Virus record (IMG/VR): IMGVR_UViG_3300014047_000001 | Span: 64,001-105,192 of that record | DNA from: a virus | Lineage: Duplodnaviria > Heunggongvirae > Uroviricota > Caudoviricetes | Length of the DNA: 41,192 nucleotides | Direction: 5' to 3' (one strand) | In this document: positions 10,357-19,895 of the stretch, piece after piece | Layout: each line of letters starts with the position of its first letter | Position numbering within the stretch: the first letter of the stretch is position 1 | Program-made: the position numbers and the translations under genes | Notes under the pieces: generated by a model | Database searches by the model: none | The model's input: only the letters and a program-made list of their open reading frames with translations | Told to the model about the DNA's origin: nothing

Positions 10357-11472
10357 ATGTTGATAAAAGAAACACTTTATGCACTTGATGATGTTACGAT
10401 TATTCCCGCTCCTCAGTCAAGTGTAAGACACAGAACAGATATTAAAGTAACTTATGATAATGGGTATCTTCCTATTTTTACTGCTCCAATGGATGCTGTT
10501 GTTGGCGCATGTAATATGAAGATATTTGAAAAGAATAATATTATTCCTATTATGCCTCGTACAGAATCTATAGAAACACGTTTAGAATGGTATAAGAAAG
10601 GATATTGGATTGCAGTAGGTTTGACAGAATTTGAAAATTATTGGCTTCATGTTACAAATTTTCCATTACCAGATGATGATAATACAGTAAAAGTACTTAT
10701 TGACCAAGCTAATGGTCATATGGACATTCTTCCAGAATATATCAAGAAAGCAAAAAAGAATGCAGAGAAGTATAAGGTTAATCTGGAAATTATGATTGGT
10801 AATATTGCAGAACCTTGGGCTTATAAGATTCTTGCAGAAGCTGGTGCTGATTATGTTCGTATAGGAATTGGGGGTGGTTCATGTTGTATAACTGCTTCAA
10901 ATTCAGCCAATTACATGCCAATGGCATCACTTATTGATGGATGTAAAGAACTTAAAGACTCTTATAATCTAACCTGTAAGATTATTGCCGATGGTGGTAT
11001 TAGTAATTTTTCACGTGCTATTAAGGCATTAGCATTAGGTGCTGATTATGTTATGATGGGTTCATTACTTGGTTCTTGTTTTGAATCGGCAGCAGAACTT
11101 CATTGTAATTCAGTAGAAGATGAAGTAATTACTTATAATATGCATGATGATTTGACATGTGATATTTGTCATGTAATGTCTGAAGATGAAAAGAAAGAAT
11201 TTATTGCTACATATCATCCAACAAAGAATATATATGGAATGTCTACCAGAAAGGCACAAATGAAAATTAATCCAAATGCAAAACTTAAGACTTCTGAAGG
11301 TATTGAAAGAGTATTAAAAGTAGAATATACATTGGCACAGTGGGTTGATAATTTTAAATCATTCTTACGTACAGCAATGTCATATGATAATTTTACAAAT
11401 ATAAAAGAATTTATTGGCGGACCTACACTTAAGCTTTTATCAGAAAGTGCAAAGGCATCAATTAATAAATAA
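10357..11472 (+). CDS. guaC: GMP reductase / IMP dehydrogenase family (no CBS domains)
   Basis: LDDVTIIP, PIFTAPMDAV, IDQANGH, catalytic GIGGGSCCIT, IIADGGI, KALALGADYVMMG. guaC versus guaB is not resolved. Confidence 0.8.
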   Translation: MLIKETLYALDDVTIIPAPQSSVRHRTDIKVTYDNGYLPIFTAPMDAVVGACNMKIFEKNNIIPIMPRTESIETRLEWYKKGYWIAVGLTEFENYWLHVTNFPLPDDDNTVKVLIDQANGHMDILPEYIKKAKKNAEKYKVNLEIMIGNIAEPWAYKILAEAGADYVRIGIGGGSCCITASNSANYMPMASLIDGCKELKDSYNLTCKIIADGGISNFSRAIKALALGADYVMMGSLLGSCFESAAELHCNSVEDEVITYNMHDDLTCDICHVMSEDEKKEFIATYHPTKNIYGMSTRKAQMKINPNAKLKTSEGIERVLKVEYTLAQWVDNFKSFLRTAMSYDNFTNIKEFIGGPTLKLLSESAKASINK

Positions 11473-11540
11473 AATGTTTTCATAAATTGAAATTTAAATT
11501 TTTAAAAATTATCTGTTAGTCAGATCTGGGGTGTTTAAAT

Positions 11541-11569
11541 TAAGCATTCCAGATTTTTTAATATATAAT
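11541..11569 (+). promoter_or_regulatory. Candidate phage promoter TAAGC-N18-TATAAT
   Basis: One mismatch to the TAAAC-N18-TATAAT motif, 21 nt before ATG 11591. Confidence 0.4.
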
Positions 11570-11590
11570 TTATAAGCTTATTTTTAATTT

Positions 11591-13009
11591 ATGAAACAAT
11601 GTATAGTATTAATTGAAGACGTAAAGAATATAGTCAGGTATTTAAGTAATTTACAGTATGGATTATGGTATGCTGAACAAACAAACCGTGAATTACTTTT
11701 AGCATTTCCAGATTATGATAAAGTAAGAGAATATAAAAAATCCAGGTGGGAAACTTTATTATTTGAAGATGTAGAGAAATTATATAATACAGAATATGTA
11801 GTAGATATAGATATATTTTCTTCTGATTTTTTAAATAAAATTTCAGAAGAACCAGATTTAAATTGTAAAGATGAAATTGTTTATATATACGGAAATTATA
11901 CAGATTATAAACAATATCACGATGGTTTTATATTAGATAAAATCAATATTAATGAAACTATATATAATGATATAAAAGAAACATATGCAGATGTATATGA
12001 TTTCTCTGAAATAACTGTATCATTATATGTTGATAAACCTATTGATATAGAAGAAAAAAATCAATTAAGAAAAGTATATAAAACCATTATAAAACAATTT
12101 CCACAAGGTGGTGTTAAATATCTGGTTATTTCTGATGATATTGAATGGTGTAAGAAGAATCTCACAGGAGATGCATTCATATTTATGGATAAAGATATAA
12201 AGAATTATAATAAAGAATTTATTAATATTGTAATTCAAACAATGTGTGATGATAATATTCTTGGAAATAATCTTGTTAGCTGGTGGGGAGCATTTTTAAA
12301 TAAACATGAAAACAAGAAAGTATATTATCAATATCCTTGGAATCCTTATCCAGAAATGATAGATACTTCATTAGGTTGGAAACGAGTAAGGTTACAAGAG
12401 AAATATAATATTGCATTATGTATACTTTGTGAGATAAACCATATACATTCATTCGATTGGATTTCTTATTATAAGAAAATGGGGGTTAAACATATATACA
12501 TGTATAATTATGCTAATAGTGATGAAATGCCTAATGATATATTACATTATTATATAGATAAGAATTATGTATCTGTATTCAATACCAATGGTATGGAATT
12601 ATATACACCATGTTATTCAGACTGTTATAAGAAATATGGTGAACTATATGATTGGATGGGATTTTTAACTATAAATGATTTCTATGTATCTGATATTAAA
12701 TTACATGAATTATTATATAGTAATACTGTTAAAGATTTTCAATCTGTAAAAATAGCTAGACAAGAATATATTGCAGTAGATGAAGATATTGAAGATTTTG
12801 ATATAAATAATTATTCAATAAAAGTTAAATCAAAGTATAATGAAAATTATGTTCATTTTGTTCGCACTAAACTAAATAATACCATTATAGGAGAATATGG
12901 TCCAATATTCTCAAATAAAAATTACAAGTCTTGCTATGTAACTGGTAAAGAGTGTACTTCAAAGAAAGAGTATATTTATGATGGACCTATTTCAAAGTAT
13001 ATTCGATAA
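11591..13009 (+). CDS. Fusion of GT11 (alpha-1,2-fucosyltransferase)-like and GT92/GT2-like domains, motifs degenerate
   Basis: SDDIEWCK and SWWGAFLN (GT11); WISYYKKMGVKHIYMYN...YDWMGFL (GT92-like). Confidence 0.65.
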   Translation: MKQCIVLIEDVKNIVRYLSNLQYGLWYAEQTNRELLLAFPDYDKVREYKKSRWETLLFEDVEKLYNTEYVVDIDIFSSDFLNKISEEPDLNCKDEIVYIYGNYTDYKQYHDGFILDKININETIYNDIKETYADVYDFSEITVSLYVDKPIDIEEKNQLRKVYKTIIKQFPQGGVKYLVISDDIEWCKKNLTGDAFIFMDKDIKNYNKEFINIVIQTMCDDNILGNNLVSWWGAFLNKHENKKVYYQYPWNPYPEMIDTSLGWKRVRLQEKYNIALCILCEINHIHSFDWISYYKKMGVKHIYMYNYANSDEMPNDILHYYIDKNYVSVFNTNGMELYTPCYSDCYKKYGELYDWMGFLTINDFYVSDIKLHELLYSNTVKDFQSVKIARQEYIAVDEDIEDFDINNYSIKVKSKYNENYVHFVRTKLNNTIIGEYGPIFSNKNYKSCYVTGKECTSKKEYIYDGPISKYIR

Positions 13010-13018
13010 ATATAAAAA
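13006..13018 (+). promoter_or_regulatory. Candidate late promoter ATAAATATAAAAA
   Basis: 15 nt upstream of ATG 13034. Confidence 0.55.
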
Positions 13019-13033
13019 TATGATTTTATCAGA

Positions 13034-13612
13034 ATGAATACTAAATAGAAGAATGCTCTTTATGAAAGCATAATGAAAAAAGTTGCGGTTATTGTAAAGA
13101 AAGCAATTAATGAATATAATATTGGAGGTGTTGAAGTAAACAAGTTAAGTCTTACTAAGATTAATGATATTACAGACTTTGATAAACCTGTTAAATTTGA
13201 ACATCAGAAAATACAAAAGACTGTAGAAGACATATTAGCAAAGATGCATAATGACTTTAAGTTTAAAGCATTTATCGATGAAAATATGGCTACTAAAATA
13301 AATTGGACATATCAGATAGATACAGCAGCAACAGATGGAAATAATGGTATGCTAATGTTTAATCCGGAATTTGCAGAGAAAATCTATAATACAGGTGCCG
13401 GATCATTACAGAAAGGAAATCTTGGAGAGATGTGTATACAATTTATTATTCTCCATGAAGCAATGCATAACTATTATCATAATACCCGTCATGAGAAGGA
13501 AATAAACTCTGTATATGACAATATTCAATCTGATAAGCGTATTAATGCAGAAATCATAAGAAGATGGCCGATGTTTAAAGAAATTCCCCAATTAATCGGT
13601 GCATTATTATAA
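13034..13612 (+). CDS. Putative HEXXH metallopeptidase (DUF2201 N-domain-like) with an N-terminal leader
   Basis: TAATDG...FNPEF and ILHEAMH. Start extended through TAG at codon 5 (MNTKQKNALYESIMKKVAVIVKKAINE). Confidence 0.7.
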
Positions 13613-13627
13613 AATATTATAAAATAA

Positions 13628-13656
13628 TAAACTAAATGGCTTTATCTATCTATAAT
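13628..13656 (+). promoter_or_regulatory. Candidate phage promoter TAAAC-N18-TATAAT
   Basis: Intergenic, upstream of the 13689-15979 gene run. Confidence 0.5.
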
Positions 13657-13688
13657 AGGTAAAGTTTTTTTATATCCTTTAATTTATA

Positions 13689-13937
13689 ATGTTAATAGAC
13701 AAGAAAGATATTATTATTGCTGTATTGTGTTTAATGCTGTTTGGATGTATGTTTATTATAGCAGGTCAGCATGAGCAGATTAATACTTTAAAAGATGAAA
13801 TTCATACTAATAGGGAATTTATTAGTACAGAATTGCATCTTATTGATAGTATGTATGATAATAATTATCGATTATGGGATTGGAGAGTAGAACAGCTCCT
13901 TAGATATTATGAAAATCAAGGATATTTAATAAAGTAA
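13689..13937 (+). CDS. Small membrane-anchored protein
   Basis: N-terminal hydrophobic stretch IIIAVLCLMLFGCMFIIA. Confidence 0.65.
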   Translation: MLIDKKDIIIAVLCLMLFGCMFIIAGQHEQINTLKDEIHTNREFISTELHLIDSMYDNNYRLWDWRVEQLLRYYENQGYLIK

Positions 13938-13942
13938 TAAGC

Positions 13943-14362
13943 ATGAAGAAAATACATTTAGGTAATTGTGAAATAGGTACATCCTTTGAAGTATATGCAG
14001 TAAAAAGACATAGCAAATGGGGTGATTTCTATAATTTTATTAATCGTATTGATCCTGAACATAGTTCATGGTTTGGATGTAAGAAAGAGGATGTTATTAC
14101 GGTAAGGTGTACTATTATTGCTAATGATATATCGGTTGTTGCTTTATATAAAGATCCTGATTATGATGAAAATTGCATTGATTATCTTATGAGCTACGAT
14201 TTACATCATGATAATATGATAATTATGCATAATATAAAGGTATTTAACTGTTGTTTTCCTTATGGAGCAGATGCAATATGTTTTGCACATAATGATACAG
14301 AAGAATATAAGAAAGGAGATAGAATAGGTTATTTATGTCGTGTAAAAATCGAGGAGATATAA
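13943..14362 (+). CDS. Hypothetical protein
   Basis: Tightly packed co-oriented ORF. Confidence 0.65.
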   Translation: MKKIHLGNCEIGTSFEVYAVKRHSKWGDFYNFINRIDPEHSSWFGCKKEDVITVRCTIIANDISVVALYKDPDYDENCIDYLMSYDLHHDNMIIMHNIKVFNCCFPYGADAICFAHNDTEEYKKGDRIGYLCRVKIEEI

Positions 14363-14365
14363 ACA

Positions 14366-14671
14366 ATGAGTGATAAAAATAATATATTATATAATAAAGA
14401 TTTAGATAACTTTACTGTATTCTTTTATGATGAACCAAAATTTCTAAAAGAATATTTAGAAAATGAAGGTTTTGTAGATGCACAAGTATTGGATGATAAT
14501 TGGTATGTTTATAGATATTCTGTTTATAAGCTCCCAATAGATTGGCAAAAGCAAATAAGAGATTATCATTTTATTACATTAGATTTTGTTGGTAATGCAT
14601 GGCATGTTATCCCTCGTAATCAGCAAACATGTTCACAATATAGTTTTATAAAGAGTATATATGATGATTGA
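14366..14671 (+). CDS. Hypothetical protein
   Basis: Tightly packed co-oriented ORF. Confidence 0.65.
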   Translation: MSDKNNILYNKDLDNFTVFFYDEPKFLKEYLENEGFVDAQVLDDNWYVYRYSVYKLPIDWQKQIRDYHFITLDFVGNAWHVIPRNQQTCSQYSFIKSIYDD

Positions 14672-14673
14672 TT

Positions 14674-14883
14674 ATGAAATATAAGTATAAGATTTTTAAA
14701 CAAAAATATACAGATTATCCATATCGAGTTGAAGAAGAGCTATCAAAAATAGGAGAAGACGGTTGGGAACTGGTAAATGTAATAAAGACTGATAATGATT
14801 CAAACAGTTTATATGAATTACCAGAAACAATATATTATTTTAAAAAGGTAATACAAGAAGATAATATAACAATAGCAAAATAA
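14674..14883 (+). CDS. DUF4177-like small protein
   Basis: KYKYK...EEELSKIGEDGWELVNV...YYFKK. Confidence 0.7.
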   Translation: MKYKYKIFKQKYTDYPYRVEEELSKIGEDGWELVNVIKTDNDSNSLYELPETIYYFKKVIQEDNITIAK

Positions 14884-15083
14884 TGCAATACGAATATAAA
14901 GTTTTTACAGAAGGTGATTATGATAATAAAGACATCATAGAAGATAAACTTAACGAACTTGGTAAAGACGGATGGAAAGTCTTCCATATAGAAAGGATAA
15001 ACAAAGGTGATTATTGGAAGTATCCTAAATCTATCTATTATTTAATAAAAGAAATTGATGAAAATATAACAATAACAAAATAA
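14883..15083 (+). CDS. DUF4177-like small protein (tandem paralog)
   Basis: QYEYK...EDKLNELGKDGWKVFHI...YYLIK. Confidence 0.7.
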   Translation: MQYEYKVFTEGDYDNKDIIEDKLNELGKDGWKVFHIERINKGDYWKYPKSIYYLIKEIDENITITK

Positions 15084-15092
15084 TTTAGAAAT

Positions 15093-15779
15093 ATGAATCA
15101 GACAAATTTTGATAAATTCGCAAAGGGACGGGTAGATTCTTTGGTTTTAAATGACTATAAGAATTCACTATCAAAGAAATTGTTTAACCCTATGAATTAT
15201 AACCCTGCTACTATTATAGAGGAGCGTCAACTTAATGTAGCTGTTATGGATGTGTTTTCACGTTTGATGATGGATCGTATTGTTTTCTTAGGTGATGCAA
15301 TCGATGATGAAGTATCTAATATCATTACTGCTCAGCTTTTATTTTTGGATTCTGCTGAGCCTGGTAAGGATATTTCTATTTATATCAATTCTCCTGGCGG
15401 TAGTGTATATGCAGGTTTTGGTATTTATGATACTATGCAGTATATACAGAGTGACGTATCAACAATCTGTACAGGTATGGCTGCTTCAATGGCAAGTGTA
15501 TTGCTTGCTGCTGGTGAACAGGAAAAAAGGTTTGCCCTTCCACATTCACGTATTATGATTCATCAGCCAATGGGTGGCATGCAAGGCCAGGCATCTGATA
15601 TGGAAATTGAAATGAAGGAAATGAACCGAGTAAAGAAGGAATTATATGATATTCTTTCAACACATACAGGAAAGCCTTATAAGACTATTGTCAAGAATGC
15701 AGATCGTGATTATTGGATGACTTCTAAAGAGGCAGTTGAATATGGTATTATTGATGAAGTATTAACAAAACAGAAATAA
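15093..15779 (+). CDS. clpP: ATP-dependent Clp protease proteolytic subunit
   Basis: DVFSRLMMDRIVFL, YINSPGG and the catalytic triad motifs GMAASM, IMIHQP, DRD. Confidence 0.95.
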   Translation: MNQTNFDKFAKGRVDSLVLNDYKNSLSKKLFNPMNYNPATIIEERQLNVAVMDVFSRLMMDRIVFLGDAIDDEVSNIITAQLLFLDSAEPGKDISIYINSPGGSVYAGFGIYDTMQYIQSDVSTICTGMAASMASVLLAAGEQEKRFALPHSRIMIHQPMGGMQGQASDMEIEMKEMNRVKKELYDILSTHTGKPYKTIVKNADRDYWMTSKEAVEYGIIDEVLTKQK

Positions 15780-15781
15780 TT

Positions 15782-15979
15782 ATGATAGGTAATGAAAAGC
15801 AAAAACTTTGTCTTATAGAAGATGATGGAGAATATCTTGGATATAAAGACAATGAAGAGGTGCAAAGTTTGATGCAAGATGGATGGATAATCACTCAAAT
15901 TACAGGAGTTGGCACAAATTCAACACCTCGTTGTTATGTGCTTTTAAAGAAACCGGATGAAGAAGAAATAGCAAAATAA
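15782..15979 (+). CDS. Small protein, distant DUF4177-like
   Basis: EVQSLMQDGWIITQI...YVLLKK; C-terminus EIAK resembles the two upstream paralogs. Confidence 0.55.
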   Translation: MIGNEKQKLCLIEDDGEYLGYKDNEEVQSLMQDGWIITQITGVGTNSTPRCYVLLKKPDEEEIAK

Positions 15980-15981
15980 TT

Positions 15982-16010
15982 AAAGAGCAGCAGCAATGTT
16001 GCTCTTTTTT
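15982..16010 (+). terminator. Rho-independent terminator
   Basis: AAAGAGCAGCA-gcaa-TGTTGCTCTTT followed by a T tract. Confidence 0.75.
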
Positions 16011-16053
16011 GTTAAATAATGCAAATAAATTTTTTAATATCAAGAATTATCCA

Positions 16054-16063
16054 TATCTTTGCA
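16054..16063 (+). promoter_or_regulatory. Bacteroidota-type -7 promoter element TATCTTTGCA
   Basis: Matches TAnnTTTG, lies just after a terminator and 23 nt before ATG 16087. Confidence 0.6.
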
Positions 16064-16086
16064 GTATCAATTTTAAAGGTACAATT

Positions 16087-16548
16087 ATGACAATACGGAC
16101 ATATTTAACAGAGGATGAGAAGCAGCTTGTATTTTTAGCTCTTCCTGCATATGCAGAGAAACATGAAGAAACAATGCTATCTGTATGGGACTTGATTCGT
16201 TTATTGGGTTCTACAAAAGTATCAAGTGGAATACTCTTCTCACATGATCCTGAATATGAATGGGCAGGTGATACTGGTAAATGGTGGACTCGTTATATTG
16301 ATTTTGTATCTGAACCTTTTATCTTTCATACAGACGGTGATACTTATGTTACATTTGCCTGTATTACAGACGGAGAAGATTGGGACGGTAATTATATAAG
16401 TAGTATATATGCAGATATTAAGACTATTAAAGTAGAGGATACTGCGGAAAATGATCTCATAACTGCATGTATTGATATGATTATCTGGATTTCTGATCAT
16501 ATGAATAAGGAAAATTATAAAATAGAATTTGATAAAACTAAATGGTAA
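16087..16548 (+). CDS. Hypothetical protein
   Basis: ATG 16087 preferred over TTG 16009, which overlaps the terminator and promoter. Confidence 0.65.
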   Translation: MTIRTYLTEDEKQLVFLALPAYAEKHEETMLSVWDLIRLLGSTKVSSGILFSHDPEYEWAGDTGKWWTRYIDFVSEPFIFHTDGDTYVTFACITDGEDWDGNYISSIYADIKTIKVEDTAENDLITACIDMIIWISDHMNKENYKIEFDKTKW

Positions 16549-16552
16549 AATT

Positions 16553-16690
16553 ATGAATGATTACACAGTAAAGGTATTTATTGGTGATGACAGCTTTGAT
16601 GCAATTATTGCTGCACCAAACAAAACAACAGCAGAAAATATTGCATTGAGTATGTATCCTGATGCTACTGATGCATTATGTTTAATTTAA
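16553..16690 (+). CDS. Small hypothetical protein (45 aa), absent from the ORF track
   Basis: MNDYTVKVFIGDDSFDAIIAAPNK...; fills the gap between its neighbours almost exactly. Confidence 0.6.
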   Translation: MNDYTVKVFIGDDSFDAIIAAPNKTTAENIALSMYPDATDALCLI

Positions 16691-16703
16691 ATAATAATAA
16701 TTT

Positions 16704-17114
16704 ATGGAATATGTACATGCAATTTCATTACCTGCAAAAGCAGGAATGTTAGAAATTATACGTAAGATTTATGAAAATATTGATTCAACGGAAACGATTA
16801 ATCCTATCAATATTAATAAGAAACCATGCGCTGGTGTAGGAAGTCGTGCATATCTATATTCTTTAATATTTACGCCGAATGCATGGATGGCAGGTATTCA
16901 TGATGCAGAAATTACAATTTTTGATAAAAATGATGAAACAAAGAAAACTTTAGTAAATTTTCGCATTAGATTTGAAACAAATATTAAGGAAATCTATATA
17001 TATAGTTATTGGGAAATGTGGGAATGGCTTCCTATAATTAAGGATTCACTTGATTCATTTTTCCTTGACTACCGAATAAATTTATCTATTCGACCAGAAA
17101 TAAAAACAACATAA
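16704..17114 (+). CDS. Hypothetical protein
   Basis: Co-oriented ORF. Confidence 0.65.
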   Translation: MEYVHAISLPAKAGMLEIIRKIYENIDSTETINPININKKPCAGVGSRAYLYSLIFTPNAWMAGIHDAEITIFDKNDETKKTLVNFRIRFETNIKEIYIYSYWEMWEWLPIIKDSLDSFFLDYRINLSIRPEIKTT

Positions 17115-17139
17115 TTAATAACATTTAAAATAATTAATA

Positions 17140-17685
17140 ATGAAGAAAGCAACATTTGGTATTGGATTAATTGTAATTCTTGTTATTGGTATTGCCTGGC
17201 TTGCCGGTTCATATTTCAGCTACAATAACAAAGAGGTAGCACTTCGTACAGAATCTGAAGCGCAGAAGGGCAAGATTGAAGGCGTACATGATAAAATGTG
17301 GAAAATCATTCAGCAAAAGGCTCAGGTATCTAATGAGTATGCTCAGAGTTTTGATTCCATTTATACACATATTATCAGTGGCCGTTATGATAAGGGTGAT
17401 GGTTCTCTTATGAAGTGGATTACAGAGGCCAATCCACAGTTTGATACTTCCCTCTATAAGGATTTGTCTCAAAGTATTGAAGTATTCCGAACAGAATTTC
17501 AACATTCACAGGAACGTATGCTTGATATTGTGCGTGAACATAAAACACTTTGCTCTACATATCCCGGAAAGTGGTTTATTTCTAATACAACTCCTATTGA
17601 ATATACAGTTGTAAGTTCTACTCGTTCAAAGGATGTAATGAATACAGGACTTGATGATGATGTAGACCTTTTTAAGAAATAGTAA
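17140..17685 (+). CDS. Membrane-anchored helical protein, distantly LemA-like
   Basis: N-terminal TM helix then a coiled coil; ends TAG TAA, so it terminates at 17685 in code 15. Confidence 0.65.
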
Positions 17686-17694
17686 TATAAGCCT

Positions 17695-17976
17695 ATGTTT
17701 AAGAATCTGAAAGACATCCGTGAAGCAGCAAAGCAATATGAGGATTTATCAGGATATGTAAAACAATACCTTACAAATAGCAATAAGTGGAATGGTTATA
17801 CAGAGCTTGATTATATTGATTTTGCAGTAGACCAAGATTATATCGAAGCACATGTAAGTGGATTCTTTATGGGTGCATGGGATACATCAGTTATTGGTGT
17901 AAAGTATAATGATATTATAAATTTAATAAACAATAGTAATAAATCTTTTAACGAATTTAATTATGGACAAAATTAG
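17695..17976 (+). CDS. Hypothetical protein
   Basis: Co-oriented ORF. Confidence 0.65.
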   Translation: MFKNLKDIREAAKQYEDLSGYVKQYLTNSNKWNGYTELDYIDFAVDQDYIEAHVSGFFMGAWDTSVIGVKYNDIINLINNSNKSFNEFNYGQN

Positions 17977-18457
17977 TCGTGAGAATCTGGTACAGAATTT
18001 GAATCTTGTAAATTCACGTATCAAGGAAGCAAAGAAAAAGAAGTTTGAGTATAAGACAGATGAGCGTTATCTGACGGGTTGGGCTATTATTAGCCAGATT
18101 GAGGATTACAAGGAGCTTGTAGAGGTTCTTGCATATCTGAAGAGTCAGATGGCCAATACTGCTGGCGCTGCAGAGGAGTTGGGTATTGATCTTTCTAAGC
18201 TCGATGAGGAAGACCAGCCAACAGTTCCTACATTGTGTGGCTATCCTGTAACCGAGTGGATTGAGGATGTAAAGACTCGTAAGGCAGAGTTGGATAACAT
18301 TGCAACTATTGAGAAGTTGACAAAGGCCAAGGCACTGCTGGAGAATAACTTGTCAGAGGATGATCGTTTCAACATTCAGATGGCTCAGGTGGCTGACTTG
18401 ATGGGCGGCGACCTTGCTGAGACAGAAGCAGAGGCTAAGTCTGAGGAAATTGCTTAA
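17963..18457 (+). CDS. Hypothetical acidic helical protein
   Basis: ORF with marked AAG/GAG/CAG codon preference and higher GC than its neighbours. Confidence 0.7.
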   Translation: MDKISRENLVQNLNLVNSRIKEAKKKKFEYKTDERYLTGWAIISQIEDYKELVEVLAYLKSQMANTAGAAEELGIDLSKLDEEDQPTVPTLCGYPVTEWIEDVKTRKAELDNIATIEKLTKAKALLENNLSEDDRFNIQMAQVADLMGGDLAETEAEAKSEEIA

Positions 18458-18460
18458 TAT

Positions 18461-19309
18461 ATGAAGAAAAACCTTGTAATTACTAATTACGATAATTTCA
18501 AGGATCTTTCTTATTTCATTGGACAACACAAAATAGCTTTAGGAATGTTGGATGAAATTGAAAAATTTTATCTGGCATTCCTAAAATCAAAATTGATATA
18601 TAGCCTTGATATAAGTAAATTTCCTGGGAAAATTATCAAGCAGACAAAAGTATACAAAGATACCATACATCTTGATAGCAAATATGATGAAAAAATCTTT
18701 GATGCAGTAAAACCTGGTGATACTTTTACCGATTTTAAGCAGGGAGATAATAAACCTTATAAACCTTTTACTATTATTAAAGTTGGAAAAGCACAAAATT
18801 GTTGGAATCAATATAAGACTCGTACAATTACTATACGTTATAATGATGATGATCCAAAAATAGAATACCACAATTTATTATCAGACGTATTTTGTTCTAC
18901 TCATACGCATAGTGATAAATTTTTATGGCCTAAAGAAGAAGATTATAATAATCAATCTGGACTTAAAAAAGAATTAGAGAACGAGTGGAAAAAGCAAAAA
19001 AGTAAATTTTATATTATTACTGGACCAAAAGGGGAATTCTTTTATTTTTGTGATGAATCTGAATTGCCAGAATATAAATTTACCTTATCAGATGATTCAT
19101 CTAAATTAATTGTATATAAAGACACTTATAGTGGTGGAACGGAAACAGATAGATGGAAAACATTCTCTTATGAAGGATATACCCGTACATCATTTTCTTT
19201 TGATGTGAATACCGGTAACTTCTTGAAAAAAGATGAGGACTTTATTTATACTCGTAGAACAGAAATGAAAGGAGTGCATAATGGATGGCATCCTTATGAC
19301 GATGATTAA
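18461..19309 (+). CDS. TNYDNFK-family protein 1
   Basis: N-terminus LVITNYDNFKD shared with three downstream genes. Confidence 0.75.
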   Translation: MKKNLVITNYDNFKDLSYFIGQHKIALGMLDEIEKFYLAFLKSKLIYSLDISKFPGKIIKQTKVYKDTIHLDSKYDEKIFDAVKPGDTFTDFKQGDNKPYKPFTIIKVGKAQNCWNQYKTRTITIRYNDDDPKIEYHNLLSDVFCSTHTHSDKFLWPKEEDYNNQSGLKKELENEWKKQKSKFYIITGPKGEFFYFCDESELPEYKFTLSDDSSKLIVYKDTYSGGTETDRWKTFSYEGYTRTSFSFDVNTGNFLKKDEDFIYTRRTEMKGVHNGWHPYDDD

Positions 19310-19327
19310 TTATAAAGTATAATAATT

Positions 19328-19585
19328 ATGTTTGAGAAATTGCTCAAGAACTGGTTTAATATAAAAAACCAAACAGAATTAAATATTGCCACTGTATTAG
19401 GTTCGCCTATTGAATGCAGTGATGAACGTGGAGTTTACTACATTGAAGAAATATTCTTTGATGAAGATGGTGATTTGTGTGGATGGTGCATGGATGTAGA
19501 TGGTAAAGAATTTGAACTATCTGGTGTTTTTCTTTCAAGAGAAGATGAGATAAAGATTATTAACTGGTTAACAAATCATGCATAA
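19328..19585 (+). CDS. Hypothetical protein
   Basis: Co-oriented ORF. Confidence 0.6.
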   Translation: MFEKLLKNWFNIKNQTELNIATVLGSPIECSDERGVYYIEEIFFDEDGDLCGWCMDVDGKEFELSGVFLSREDEIKIINWLTNHA

Positions 19586-19895
19586 TATGGATAACATAAA
19601 AGAAATATTGAAGGATGATAATAAATTTGAGGATTTATTAACAAAATTAGATGAAGATTCTCAATATTTTCATGAAGATACCTGTTCTGTAGTATTTGTC
19701 AATAAAGATAGTGCAAGAAGTGATACATTAACTGATAGCATTACCTTCAGGGATTCTGATCTGGGTACTCGTATGGATTTGAATATTGGTGATGCTGCAT
19801 ATATATTTGATACTTTCTTGGATCTGTGTCCAGAAGCTATAGATTTCTTCAACAAGTTTATTGAATATAGAAACTTAAAGATTGTTAAGGTATGA
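19578..19895 (+). CDS. Hypothetical protein
   Basis: Co-oriented ORF; the start may be 19587. Confidence 0.6.
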   Translation: MHNMDNIKEILKDDNKFEDLLTKLDEDSQYFHEDTCSVVFVNKDSARSDTLTDSITFRDSDLGTRMDLNIGDAAYIFDTFLDLCPEAIDFFNKFIEYRNLKIVKV

